A stretch of DNA of 64,000 nt. Origin: Antedon mediterranea (lineage: Eukaryota > Animalia > Echinodermata). The notes under the pieces are model-generated. The model was not told the DNA's origin and searched no databases. It was given only the letters and a program-made list of their open reading frames with translations. The stretch spans positions 23,929,648 through 23,993,647 of the forward strand of contig NC_092673.1 of NCBI RefSeq assembly GCF_964355755.1, read 5' to 3'. Positions 36,715 through 51,200 of the stretch are shown here, one piece after another; position 1 is the stretch's first letter, and the number at the start of each line of letters is the position of its first letter. The position numbers were made by a program, and so were the translations under genes.

Positions 36715-39700
36715 AACAGTTGACTAAAGCAGAACACTGGAGTTGTCAGGAATTTAATTGAACTGTATATATGAATTGAATTATTTGAATTTAACTGTAT
36801 ATGAATTGAACTGTTCAATGAATTGACCTGTATATGAATTGAACTGTATATATTCAACCTTTCATAATACTAGTGTAACTTGTTTTAAAATGAATTAAAT
36901 TGTACAATTTTGTTTTCTAAATTTGACTTAATTAGTCACCAATATAGATTATACCAATCACCACCTACACACAAAAGTTAATCTTATTAGATACACCCAC
37001 ATACAAACCAGATAAACTGCATAATATCTATTCAGAATCATACTTCCGGGTGTGGTAGAATTTAGAGCTGGTTGTTCTATAAATAGAGCTGGGTTAGCTG
37101 GACTAAAAGATGAGAACATTTTTAGAAATTTTGCTTCAACATGCCCTACTTTGTTTGTATTAAAAGTTCTTATCATGTATTAGATACCACTTGCAAACAG
37201 ACACCTCTTTGAAGCATTTTTTACTGTACAATTTTAATTTTTTACCTCCTGTTATCCTGTAGCCAGTGAGGGTTTAAAGGAACCCCTTTTTCCTGAAGTG
37301 TCCTTTTCAAACTAGAGACCTGCAGTAGAATTGATAATAAATGGGGTTTTTTTGGGCCCCCCCCCCCCCCCACTTCTTGTAAAAATCTACTACATCAACT
37401 GCCCAAAAGTTTTCTTTTTAAACTGATATATTAAAAAGCATTGTATACAGTAGCAGTATAATGGTCTTTAACTGTTCTGTGTCAAATGAACAACGCAATT
37501 GTTTGCTGTTGGGTTGTAATTATCATGAATAATGTAAAACTTCAGATTTAATTTGATGAAAACCATCATAGCTGACGATACTAATTACCGTACATGGATA
37601 ATTCATTTGAATCGGTAATTATGCTTGGATAATTCAGTATTTAAATCAACGTTATGCAAACATTTCAGACTAAATACATTTCTGTTGTTATTATTGGAGT
37701 GTTAGTACTTTATATATTTTACACTATATATACTCTTATCTTAATAAACTAAAGCTCGGTCTACACAATGTTATGTAACAACAAAATGTGATGTGCCCAT
37801 ATGTGGACACGATGTCGTCATATCACTACCATATTTGGGCATATCACAACAGAACACCAGGACAACCCCACACCTTACTCTTCCTAAAGATGAACTGGGT
37901 TCACAAGCCAGAAGTACACATTGTTCTTATCTGAGAGGACTATGATCTGAAGAGCCTTAAACATGTACCGATTTAATAGTTATGGATCGTGGTAACCCTG
38001 ACTCAACCACTCGAAACAAAAATTCAATAATACTGTAACAGAAAAACACAAAAGACACAAGACATAAGAAAACTAAAAAAGCATTTTACAATTATCGTTT
38101 TTATTTCATACTTCAGTGCCATAACCTTAACAGCCCTGAATATAAATAGAAAAGTACATTTGTATGCACCATATTTTAGTATTAATTTATTAAACATGCG
38201 CAAAGCTGAAACTAGAGGATTCTAAAGTTTTAATTAATATAGACAGTATAATACTGAATAAAATAAATATTTTAAGAGATAAATATAAGAATATGTGATT
38301 ATTTTGTTTAAATCAGATATTTAAACAAAAGAAAAAAGATTCTAACCCATGCTCTTGAGTGAAGATTTACATGGTGGACAACAGAAAAACAGTACAATAT
38401 AAAAATAGCATAATACACATTAAAAAATAATAGTATTTTAAGCATACAAATGGCAATAGGAATCATAACATGACGGTGGAACCTCTATTTTGAGAATTCT
38501 GTATCTTTGGAACTCAACAATCTTTATAGAGGTGTCTCAAGGAGAGGTTGTACTGTATTACTAAAATACTGTTGTTTCCAAGACATTGTAATGAACACTT
38601 GTATTCATAGAATATATTGATCACATGACAAAAGGTTTTTTTTCTTATATATTCAGACATCACATCAAGATTTTTACGACCATAAAAAACATCGGCCTAC
38701 ATAAAATAAGAAAGTTTAATTTTGGAATCACATTAAAAAATGTGTTAAGCTCTTTAAAGTCGGATGTCCACCAACAAATAAAACTTTGAATATTTCATGT
38801 TTTAATCAAGTTATTCCGTTTGGCGATAATTTAACACAAAAAAAAACAATTTTGCTATTAATAAAAAGACAAAATAAACATTTAACCAGAAACCATTAGT
38901 CTCCTGGTCGGCTATTTTGTCTTAATATTTTTTTGTTGTAAATAACTATTATTTGACAATATAAATTGATTAGTTTCACATTCTTTTATTGAAATCATAC
39001 AAATCATTATGGGGTCCCATAAAAAATAGCACTATGTTAAAGTATACATGTTCTTTTACACTGTCAAAATGGTACATAGGTCTCGTAACATTAACAAACC
39101 ATAATGTTTGGATCCCACTTGAACGCAACAAAAACACCATAATTTGACCAATCCTGACGTGATGTATCATTCAAACTTCTGCTTGTGATTGGTCAACTTA
39201 CTTGCGTTAAGCCACGTTACATTGCATCCAAGTGGGATGATGAGGAAGACTTCAAATTGAGGGGATTCCCCCAACAGTATAACATTGCAATGCATTGTAA
39301 AATAACACACACACACAGATAAACATTTGATCGAAATATGCATAAGGTAGCAACAATAATAAATAAAGTGGTATTGTGTTTACTGTACATTAAAAAATAA
39401 ATAAATATAAAACAGTAAAAGTAAATACAGAATAGAGTGCACATAAATAATTAACCAAAACAAATTTAACAAAACGCTATTTATAAAAGTTATGTTACAT
39501 AATATTAAAGAAAAATAATAAATTGTGTTACTTTTGGAGGTTATAAAACAAAAATCGTAATAATAATTGTTTTACAATATTATACAAAGGAAACAACAAA
39601 TAATAAATTAAAATATTAAATGATGAAATGTACAAATTACACAAATATAAAAAGTTGGTAAAATATTAAACCTTGTTCCTAATCCTGTACCATTTCTCAT

Positions 39701-42257
39701 TTTTATTACTCTCTGTGACAATTTTATGAATATAAGATAATTTTGCTGCAAAGTTTGTTCGCTGTACTAATGTATTAAAGTACAATTTACATCAGAATAA
39801 TTTCTCAATTTTCTCTGGTTTCAACAGAAAAGAGAATCATTTCATTTCTAACATTTTATCAATTACTAACAAACACAAGTCAGATAATTATTTGAGGACT
39901 TTTCCCCTTGAAACTAAAAGTTTGAAGTGTTTATTTATAATAATAATTATACAAACAAGTCATAAATTGTTAAATTTTTCACTAACAAACTCAGATACAA
40001 TTTACTTTGACTTTAAAATATCCCAGGTATACAGTGGAACACCTATTTATGGACACTTTCAGGACTCAACAAAGTATCAACTTCATTGGAGGAGTGTCCC
40101 TTGAATAGAGGTTGAATGCATTAAAACGTATATTTCTAAGTGTCCCCTTAATAGATGTATCGAAATAATGATGTTGAAAAGGAACGGTTCTACTGTATTG
40201 GCTTTTAAAAGTTTATTTAAATGTCATTGAATATTTGTTTGTATATGAGGCAAATGCAGAATATAGGAACACATCTTTATTCATGCAAAATACGACTTCA
40301 CCATTATGATTTACCTCAAATTAACTCTTTCACCTGCAGTACAGGTTTTCAAATCTATCATTCAACATTGGAAATATGCAAATCAGTATGCAAATATATT
40401 TCGGGAAATGGTCAACCTAATCTTTTAGCATGTAAAATGAATTATTGGATTAGTTGGATGCATTTATTTCTAAAATTTAATATATTTAAGGCTAATAATA
40501 TAGTAATAGATATTACCTTTGCAAACAGGATATCTAATAAATATGTTAATAAATACAAGACAAGAGGAAATACGGTTTATATTCTAATATGATAGATTCA
40601 TTAACCTAATAATCAACAGAATTTACAGTAGCAATAAGTTATTTTAAAGCTGTATTGAGATTTATGTAGGCCTTGAGTTCAACTTTAGACCAACTGCCCT
40701 AGAGGTGATGATCAAAAAATTCATTCCTACTTGTGTGAAAAATAATGAGTATAGGCTGCAGGGGTAATATTCACTTTGTTAGTAGTAGCCGCAACTTTCT
40801 AAAGTAGCTTGGTTTGGGGCTTAATTTTTTTTTAATTGATTGCTTTAAAAAGTGCTTAAATGGATGTTAAAAAAACTGTTTTTTGTCTGATGCCGTAAAA
40901 CTATAGATGGCAGTCATCATTTAACACATCAGAACACAAATCCTGAACGATAAAAACTCAAAAAAGTGTCCTAAATCAGGATGTCTGGAAACCACTGTAA
41001 AAGCCTTTTTTTCTAATGAAAGTGATTAATAAATTGGTGATTTTTATACGCATTTCTTTTTCTAAGCATTGAGTAATTTTTTGTATACATACAGGTACTG
41101 TATAAATTAATTTGTCAATCAATTTATCTGATTTCCAAATTAAACACAATTTAACTACCTTTTTACACTCCAGACACAAACATTTACACTGTTTACACCT
41201 TGTAACAACTTTTTTGTGTGTAAAAAGGAATTATTATGCAATCAAATAGCAGAATTTTAATATAGGCAAGAAAAAGAAAACGGTTATATTTTGGAAATAA
41301 CTATCATATCAAGGTATTGCATCATTACGCATATTTTCCAGTCTGAAATACACTATCCTAAACTTGTGCATTTTTAGTACAAATAGTTTGGTATCTCAAT
41401 TTTAACATGCGCTTTTAACATTATACTGTACAAATTACCTACAGGGGGATAAATGATTTTATACATCGGATCAATGCCCAAGACGGAACAGTAAGTTCTC
41501 ATAAGTACATGTTTCTCACCATGTACCCTAGTTTTATTTTTTTAGAAGGTTTGGTTCGACATTGTTGAACTCCAACTTATATTGTTTATTATATAAATTG
41601 CACTCTTGTCTTTTAAAAATGAACAGCACACATGTTACATTCCATATCACTTTTTGGTAATCAAAACTCCTGGCATTAAAATTTGAACACCTGGTATTAA
41701 CATTTGAACTCCTGGAAATTCGAAATGAAACACCTGGCATCCAGAACGGAGCACCTGCTTCTGCATACTCAAGTTAAATGAGTATACATGTAGTCCTGAT
41801 GCAATTTGTTAACACCTGGTAACACCAATGTTTGTAAATAAAGCACCATGTATTTAAATCTTTCCATTTGATAATCAAATGATGACAGCTGTATGCAAAT
41901 AATTTTAGATGACTCCAAATTGACTAAAATGTGTTATTTAATCCCTTACAGCTGATGGAAATAAACCTCCTGGTATGCAAATGAACACATCTCTAAATTT
42001 GGTGTTTTATTATTGCTCACATCTTCCAGGTAACCAACCACATCTGGCTAAATTTACATTATTATGTATTCGATTGATTGCAACTGGTATTCAAATGATT
42101 GCATCTGGTATTTAAATGATCTGAAATGATTGCATCTGGTATTCAAATGTCCACATCCAAATAAATAGGCTTGTATTCACACTAGTTATTAAAAAGATTG
42201 TAATACTTTTTTGGTCTTCTGTCCATCTCTTCTTGCTCTTCTTCTCGAGGTAGTATT

Positions 42258-45200
42258 TTACTCAAACGACATCAGATTTGTCGGTACCTGAAAATATCAA
42301 CAATATATTCAAGTACTACACAAAGGATTGTAACTGTCAAATAGCTTTGCATTGAAGTCCCACCCAAAAATTACTTATGTGTTCTTAAATGTACTTAGTA
42401 TAAAGTACAAATCTCGTCTGAGTAGGGCAAAACATCTGACCAATTACTATACAAAGTAAATCAAGGAATGTAGATTTATTAATCTACAGCTAGGTTTAAA
42501 TTGCGACCTGATTTCAATTTGAGTAAACTGACTACAGATTAATAGTGACTATTGACAGACATTGACTGTATAATTGTATTCATCATAATTGTAACATCCT
42601 GTATGTAAATGGCAATAATGAATACTATAATGAGAGCATCAAAAGGCATAAAATGAGGCCAATTTTATATACTTATTTATATTTATAAAATCTGTATTTC
42701 TGTGAAGTTATCATTAGGAATTTCAGCTTAACTTCAAAAATATTAATTATATTTAAATATATTACAATTAAAGCTCATTTGAAAAATAATAACTTACACA
42801 TACAGTACTCGATATAGGGAACCCAGACATTTTATAGTTCAATGCAACCTCAAGAAGCATACATCTCTGTCTATACTATGAAACTAGTTTGACAAAAAAG
42901 TGTGATGTGCCCAAATATGGTAGTGATACATGCTTAAATATGGTGATATAGTGATATGACATCATCATCTCCTTATATGGGTATAACACATTTTTTGTCA
43001 CATAAAGTTTGATAGTGTATACAGAGCTCTATGCAGAGTTACCATAATTAAATTGCATAAATAAAAAGCATACAGTATCCAAATTCTTATATTGTGCACA
43101 AAAGATTCGTAATAGTTTTATGACAGGCAGAAATAATGCAATGCCACCCTCTAACTTGGGTGAACAAAAATTTTGAAGAATTACACTATAATAAACTTCT
43201 TAATAAGCAATAAAATAAATTTAATTCAGAAACTCTAATTATTCGAAAAGTTAAAATAAATATTTATAAACAGTTTTGAAATTATTATTAATATTAGTGC
43301 ATACTAAACAAGCGCCAACAAAAGTAGTGTATCTACTCTAGCCATGATTATAATACATTGAAATTGCACAAATAAACAAAGATATATCCGTTCATATTTA
43401 TATAGTTCCGTTGGTATTTTAAAGCTTTTTTGTACTTTTCAGTAAGTTTCAACATTTAGTTTCAAGAAGAACTTCTTAATTAGAAATGATTTATGATTGT
43501 TAGATTTAAATTTGATATGTTGCAGAATTATTTTCCTTTTTAAAATATGTTCTCTGATTTTGAAGTATTGTATATTATTGATTAAAATGTTGATCATATG
43601 TACATTCCCTATTTGAAAATCTCATTTTTCTTTTGGATTGCTAGATTTTATGAATTATTATACCCGATTCACACATAAAACACAAATGTATCAAATTGTA
43701 ACATGGATCTCACATGATAATCTTACCAAGTTACACCTGTTTGTTATGGTGTAATTTAATGGCATGTATTACATCAATGTAACCTAACAGGCCTCACTTT
43801 TTCATTTCTTTATTCGAATTCAAAACAAAATAACATTAAAAAAACAGTACAGGAATGAATTCAGGGTAGCACAAAAAAGTACTTATTTCCATTAAGGATG
43901 AAGTAGGTACAGAATATAGTTATATAAAATTAGACATGGTAAAGACTATTGTCATATTCCAATATTTTTCATTGATGAAACACAGAAACGCTTTCGTTTG
44001 TTTTAAAGGTTTAAAGTAGACCTACTCTATGTGTTTCCCAAAAGAAAGAAATGATGCCAAAGAATGTGTGCACTGATGCCAGCACATTTTATTGATTACT
44101 GATATGTTCCGAGATTTTTCATTGATGCAACACGGAAATGTGTTTCTAAAAAACTATAGAAGGTGGATTCTAAAAAAAACTACAGAAGGTGGTTTTAGCA
44201 TAACAACCAATGTTAAGATATTCTTAATCCCCTCGATTATATGTGTGAATCAGGTGTTTCAATAACATCACTAACTACTTCCCACATGCTAAAAAGTATG
44301 CAGCAGACACAGGCAAGCATGCACAAGCTTAAGTCACTTGGTATGACTTACACAAGTGTGTGTGTGGGTGTTTGAGTGCACAAGAAAGGTGAACTTTACA
44401 GAGACGCCCCTACAGGTGGCGATGCTACAACAAATGTAAGCTGGATAAAGCAAAATGGACAGTTAGTTGTTACTTGTTAGTTGTCACTTGGTATGACTTA
44501 CACAAGTGTGTGTGTGGGTGTTTGAGTGCACAAGAAAGGTGAACTTTACAGAGACGCCCCTACAGGTGGCGATGCTACAACAAATGTAAGCTGGATAAAG
44601 CAAAATGGACAGTTAGTTGTTAGTGCTAGTGACTTTGCAAAGATTAGTATCGTAGATGAGGAAAGCAATATTTACAAATGTTGGCAATATTGAGCAGTAA
44701 AATGTGGCGGAACCATTTCGACATTGGCGAGCTAGCTTGAAAGGCAAGGGAATAATAAAATAAAACTTTTGGTGGATTTTTATGTTAAGAAAACTAAGCA
44801 AAAAAATAAAAGTAAAGTAATGATTACTAATGAAAGCAAATGGGAAACAAATTGGAATAACATGATATAGATATGTTGAACTGATAGGCCATTATCTGGC
44901 CAAGACTAGTGTAAAAATAAAATAACAGTGTACATGCCATTTGAACAGTGACAGTGAGCTATATATATGAGCATCAAAATAGTTAAGTAGTAGTAGGTAA
45001 ATTTGACTGAATTTCTGTATATTGTGACCCACAGAATCTAAAATATATAGCAATATCTGTGTATTAAATGCACTATGGATATGACCAAGTGCTATATGTG
45101 TTATTATATTTAGTGCCATTTGCCCACCAGGTTTCTTTGACATATGGTTATGCAGATGACCTAGTGCTAAGTGTATGACTATATTTAGTGCCATTTGCCC

Positions 45201-48200
45201 ACCAGGTTTAACATATGGCTATGCTTTGTGCTATAGTCAGGCAGCATTTGTATTTTACTTCATATATTTAGCCAAGTTTGATTTTTCACTTTTAAGTGAT
45301 CAAGGACATTACAACGAACAACTTCCAACTTGTTGTCCAAATTCTAAACGCGTTTTTCATTCGCTGGGGGCGCTTTTTCAAAATGGTCGCTTATGCTATC
45401 AAGTACTTATATCTCGGCAACCACTAATCGTAGAGACTTGGTTTTAATCTTAAAATATTTGTAAGGTACATATTTCTATTTACTCTAATGGAATATTTTG
45501 ACCAGAAATAACTGGAAATGCCATTTCTGACCATTTGACCTTTGACCTTCTATCATCATATCTCGGTAACTAATGGTCACACAGACTTGAAATTTGTTTC
45601 AAATTGTTCGCAGTATGCCTTTTTATATTTACTGTAATTAAATGTTTTGTTTTAAAGCAAACAGAAATGCCATATCTGACCTCTTGCCCAATGCATGTAA
45701 TATCCACAACTGAGAGACTATAGATTTGTCTAGTATTGTTTATAACTTGTACCGGTACTTGTGGTTTTGTTGATGATATCCCTTGTTCCAAAATCAATAT
45801 TTCAAATCACCAATGGAACTGTTATAATAAATAAATTCATACCATAAATATTGAATATAGTCAGATTACCCTCTCCAGTCAATAAAGTTCATCGATATCG
45901 TCTACTAGCTCTACATTCAAGTCCTTTGTATTCTCACATCCATCACCACACTCACATGCATCAGTACTATACAGAGAAAGTTGTTTTTCTTACAACTACA
46001 GCGATTTGTTGAGCATAAACCATTGCAGGTACATCGACGAATTTCTAGAAGAGCTTCTGGTGCTGGTGGATTGTTGCAGAATACCGGCTTCAAGTGACCA
46101 TCTTCTAGTTGCCAGGAGTAGTCAGTTGCTGGTGGAATAGATGGAGTTGGCTTGCATGATGAATTCCATACAATAGACATGTAGTATGCTCTTTCGACGT
46201 GTGGTCTAAGAGTTCCCATGGTTGGAGGTAATTGTTGTCCTTCCTTGCCTTTCTGTGCAAATAACATCCATCTCAAGTCTGTGACATAATCTGCCTTGAT
46301 CTTAGAAGTACTGTATAATATGCAAACATATCTTTCCATTTGCCTGAAAATCCAATTTGGTATTTCAGAGGTCAGTCCATATACAGCAAATGCATCTAGT
46401 ATTTCATCGTCACATTTCATAAGTGCTTTGAAATGGGCGGACACTCCTTTTCCAGCAAATGTACCTGTGTTATCTTTACCTTTAAATGCGTACCATCCAA
46501 TCAGTGCTGCTGATATTTGTTTTCAAAGTCGGTAACAGCATTCCCATATAGGTATTTTTTCCCCTCTTTTCATACAAAATGTGGTCATTGGAGGAAGTAG
46601 AGGATAGCTTCCTGATAAACGGATAAAGACATCAGTATCTACAGAAAATATGTCAACATTGGCACTTGGGTCTTTGTTCATACAATCAAAGGCATTCAAT
46701 AAGACCAGTTGGTCCCCTTCTTCCAATGTGTGTTGTCCGTGTGTCATCTCTGGCATCATGATAATTTCTGAGAGATTGCAGTTTGCCATCATGGATGTGT
46801 GATGTGTTACTAGGACCTTCTTCGTGTTGTTCTTGAAGTGATTAAGTATCTTCTCTGATACTTTTGTAAGTTCAGCTTTGGTCTCTATGTGCGATAAAAA
46901 TGTCTTAATGTTCTTAATCTCAGTGTTGTCATTGACATGGTAGTAAATGGTAGTTGTTTTCTGTGTTCCCTTATCTCGTGTAGATTCTTTTAAAGATCCT
47001 GATAGATATTGATCAAATAAAAGACGAACTTCATCATATGGTTTGCTCATACCAACAATCAGGTTAACAAATTCAGATGCAAAGTCAGAAGCATTGAACT
47101 TATCAGACACCTTCTTTACCATATTGACGACACACATTCCATCAATAATTAGGATTGATTCTGCTTTTGTATCATCTTTCTGTACATGCCTGCTGACATT
47201 ATCTGGTAGAGGGAGTTCTGTTATTGACTGCAATACCTTGGATTTTCCAGAAAGCATTATCATTCTTCCATCTGGATGGAAATTTGATGGTAGAGTGCTA
47301 TTGAACTCATAGTTGCCTATGACATCCTTTAGAGTGAACTCTGGCCTGCTCTTCGCCACAACTAACAATCTAGACAGCAGCTTTCTCTCTTGCTTAATTG
47401 AAACTAGTGGACATTTAATTTTGGTTTTCACCACTGCTCCTACTTCTTTTGAGGGTTCCAAAATGTTACGGTTTTTTCAACCATTCGTGAAGTCACACAT
47501 TTATCCAATGCTTCTTTTCCTAATTGGTCTCGCTTTTCAGTCGTTTGACTGACATCATCGGAGGTTACCATACCAGGCACTGAGTTGACTTGTCACTGAG
47601 TTCCACGGGGATCTCACCAGGCTAGCATTGTTTGCTAGGTGTTAGCGACAAGGCCTAGGCTGGAACTAGTTTATAACTATTTAACTAAGGCCTTTCATTT
47701 ATCAGCATAGGTACATTATTATACAAGTAAAATGTATATGTACTAATAATAAGTATGATTTCCCAGCAAACACTGTTTAAATCGGTTTAAAAAACACTTA
47801 CCATTTAAACTCATGAAATCTGATCTGCTTGAACTTTCAGCCAATCACAGGCTAGGATTATGTATGGAGATAATGAGTGGCTTTTATTTATTTTAAAACT
47901 TTAATTTCCAAGCTTAAGTGAATGTTTTAAAGCATCAATAATTGAAAAATCAATAATGTGTTAAAAATATGGATGTTCTGAGCAATCTGTCGAAAAATGT
48001 TATCTATAACCAACATGTTGTGGATATCACACAGGTTATGGTCAAAGGTCAGATATGGTTTTTCCAGCCATCTTGAAACAAACCTTTGCATTAAAGCAAA
48101 TAGAAACATGTATTTTCTGAACAATTTGGGATAAATATCAACTCTTTCTGACCAATAGTTATTGAGATATGATAAGATCAGGTCAAAGGTCAAATGGTCA

Positions 48201-51200
48201 GAAATAGTATTTTCGGTCATTTTAGGGAAAAATATTCCATTATAGTAAATAGAATTATGTACCTTACGAACAATTTAAGATTAAAACCAAGTCTCTACGA
48301 TTAGTGGTTGCCGAGATATAAGTACTTGATAGCATAGGTGGCCATTTTGAAAAAGCGCCCCCAGCGAATGAAAAACGCGTTTAGAATTTGGACAACAAGT
48401 TGGAAGTTGTTTCTTGTGATGTTCTTGATCACTTAAAAGTGAAAAATCAAACTTGGCTAAATATATGAAGTAAAGTTAATATAGTGACAAATGCTGCCTG
48501 ACTACTATGTGCATGGTGTATATTTAGGCATTTGACCTTTGCCCTCTTTGTATGTTGTGGCTATGTCTATTATCATGCACTAATTTATGTCTTACCTGTT
48601 GCCTACTCTTCTTCGTTGCATCTGCTAACTTTCTGACCCACTGGCAAGTATTTGAGTAACTTGTGGCCTTAAATTTGTAAGAATTACCTACAGAAAAGGG
48701 TACAAAATTAAGTTTTGCTTGACTATTCATTCTGGTTTTCTTGTAATAGCATTTTCAAAACTCCTCTTTTTGTTTCTTCTCAAACTATCCTTGTTTTCAA
48801 ATAAACGTCTTTCAAGAAGCACCTATTTATCGTTTTGATTTAGTTTTTTGCTTATTTTATTTTGTATCTCCATTGAAATTCAGCCACTGATATATCCACA
48901 GCATTGTAATTTTTTCAATAATTTGCCCTTGGATTTCTATTCAAGACTACTATATTCAAGGATATTTTTTTTTTCAAAATCAATTAGTATAAAACAACCA
49001 ATATACTGCATTTTCAATTTTGGTTTCAGTATTTTCAACTTTCAGAATGATTAACATTTATTGTTCAAAATTGGCAATGAGTTAAGTCACTATTATTACC
49101 TGTTATTGAATCAGCCAATAAAAATACATTATGGCCTTTGGATTCTGGTACAATCACCATCCAATCAACTATTGATGTCATCTTACTGGGCTTGGAACGG
49201 AACTAAGTATGACAAACAAATTAGTCATTAATAACGATTAAAATTAAGTTGAAATAGTTTCATGGCAAATTAACTAAGTTTGCTTTTTTAGCCTTTAAAA
49301 AGTGTTGCTGTTTGTATTCTTTATATATATCGAAATAAATAAATAAATGTATTTTTTACAGTATAACTATGAAAAATGTTCCAAAATAATGACCTGTCAA
49401 AGACATCCTAATTGCATTGTTTTTTGTTGGTTATCTATTGTCATGTTTTATATGGACCAAAAGAAGGACAATAACATCAAGTCATGTCTCATTCTTTATT
49501 GCACATACCATCCACAACAATTCTGTTTTATACACACTGTCGGAAACTTACATTTGTTCTCTCAGGACCAGAAAATGTTTTCGCAGCATAAAATATCAGA
49601 TTTGTACCCCACAGACCAACCCAGAACCTAGTCCAAGATGATACCTTTAAAGAAAAATATTCATACAATTTGCCATTATTTATATACAACATTAAGTGAC
49701 TGAGTGGCCGAGCGGTTAAGACAGTGGAACCGTAATTACGTAGCTATAACATCGGCAGGGGTTCGAGGCTCAGTCACTCCATGGTTCTGGTGGTAGAACG
49801 AGTCTTCTCGGATAAGGACTATAAACCATAGGTCCAGTGTACACATCTAGCTCGTGTGCACTTTAAAGAACCTACAGTAGTACATCTTTCGAGACAAGTA
49901 GGGGGTTATCCCGGTGTACTAGTACATCACAGCCACTGATCACCAACTGGGCCCTCTGGGAGACCAGTCTTTGACTGAAGAGGTTACCCAGTATAAATAT
50001 ATATTTCAATATTTCAATTAAAATAACATTTTAATAAAATGACTGCTCATTGGTTGCTGGACCTATTCAGTGAGTGTCAAGCCTGACTGATGAAATCATT
50101 AACAGCCGTATGCAGTATTGGATATAAATATTTTGTGAATGTAGAATTCTGTCTACACTATCAAACTTTATGTGACAAAAAATGTGACGTGCCCATGTAT
50201 GGACATGATGTTGTCATATCACTACCATATTTGGGTATATCACGAGCATATTTGGGCACATCACATTTTTTTGTCACATAAAATTTGATAGTGTAGACAG
50301 AGCTTTAGAAAATATTATTTTTTTAAATAATTTTACTTACAGAAACCTTTCGACCATTCTTCATAACAGATTTTTTTTTAAGAGGACCTACAAAAATACA
50401 GGATTTTTTAATAGAGTTTACTTTATAGTTTTATATAAATAAATATTACCATTTTTTGTTTTTGCAAAATATAATCCTTGGCAGATCCACATATATCCAA
50501 TCAAACTTTAATCAAATTGACATGCATTCTAAAGTGTTCTAAAGTGTTTTCTATATAGTATATATGTTTATAAATATGCTCCACTCTGCACAATACAACA
50601 TTTTTGGAACCACATTTGTTTGTGGATGTCAAATACAGTAGAACACTCCAATAGGATACCTCTCATGACAATAATAATAATAATAATAAACAGTATTTAT
50701 ATAGCGCCTAATGGATCACTGACCCCTCTAGATGCTTTACATAGGACCTTAACTAATGGTAATAAACTATCCCCCGCCGGACACCATTCCGGACAATGAT
50801 CAATATGTAAGTTTTTAACACAACCAACCCCTATCCAGAGTACAATCCTATTACAGGACACTAAATCTCTGTCTACACTATCAACACAGTATGACAAAAA
50901 AAATTGTGATGTGCCCAAGTATGGTAGTGATATGACATCATAATATGGGCACATCACATTTTTAGTCACATAATGTTTGATAGTGTAGACATAGCTTTAG
51001 TTGGGTAATGAAGGTGGTGTAATAGGTTCTACTGTATAACAACAACAATTTAAAAGACAGCATCAAGACTACTTACCCTGGACAGTGAATGATGAGTTTG
51101 GAACCTCAGGAATATCTTGTACCAAGTCTTCAAGACTTTCTGATATGCCTTCATTTACCCAAACCTCTTGATCATCACTTATTTCAGAATCTTCACTACT

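Noticed and set aside
49696-49780. Functional tRNA gene
   Set aside because: A and B boxes are present, but the sequence continues into a SINE body found in several copies; it is a SINE head.
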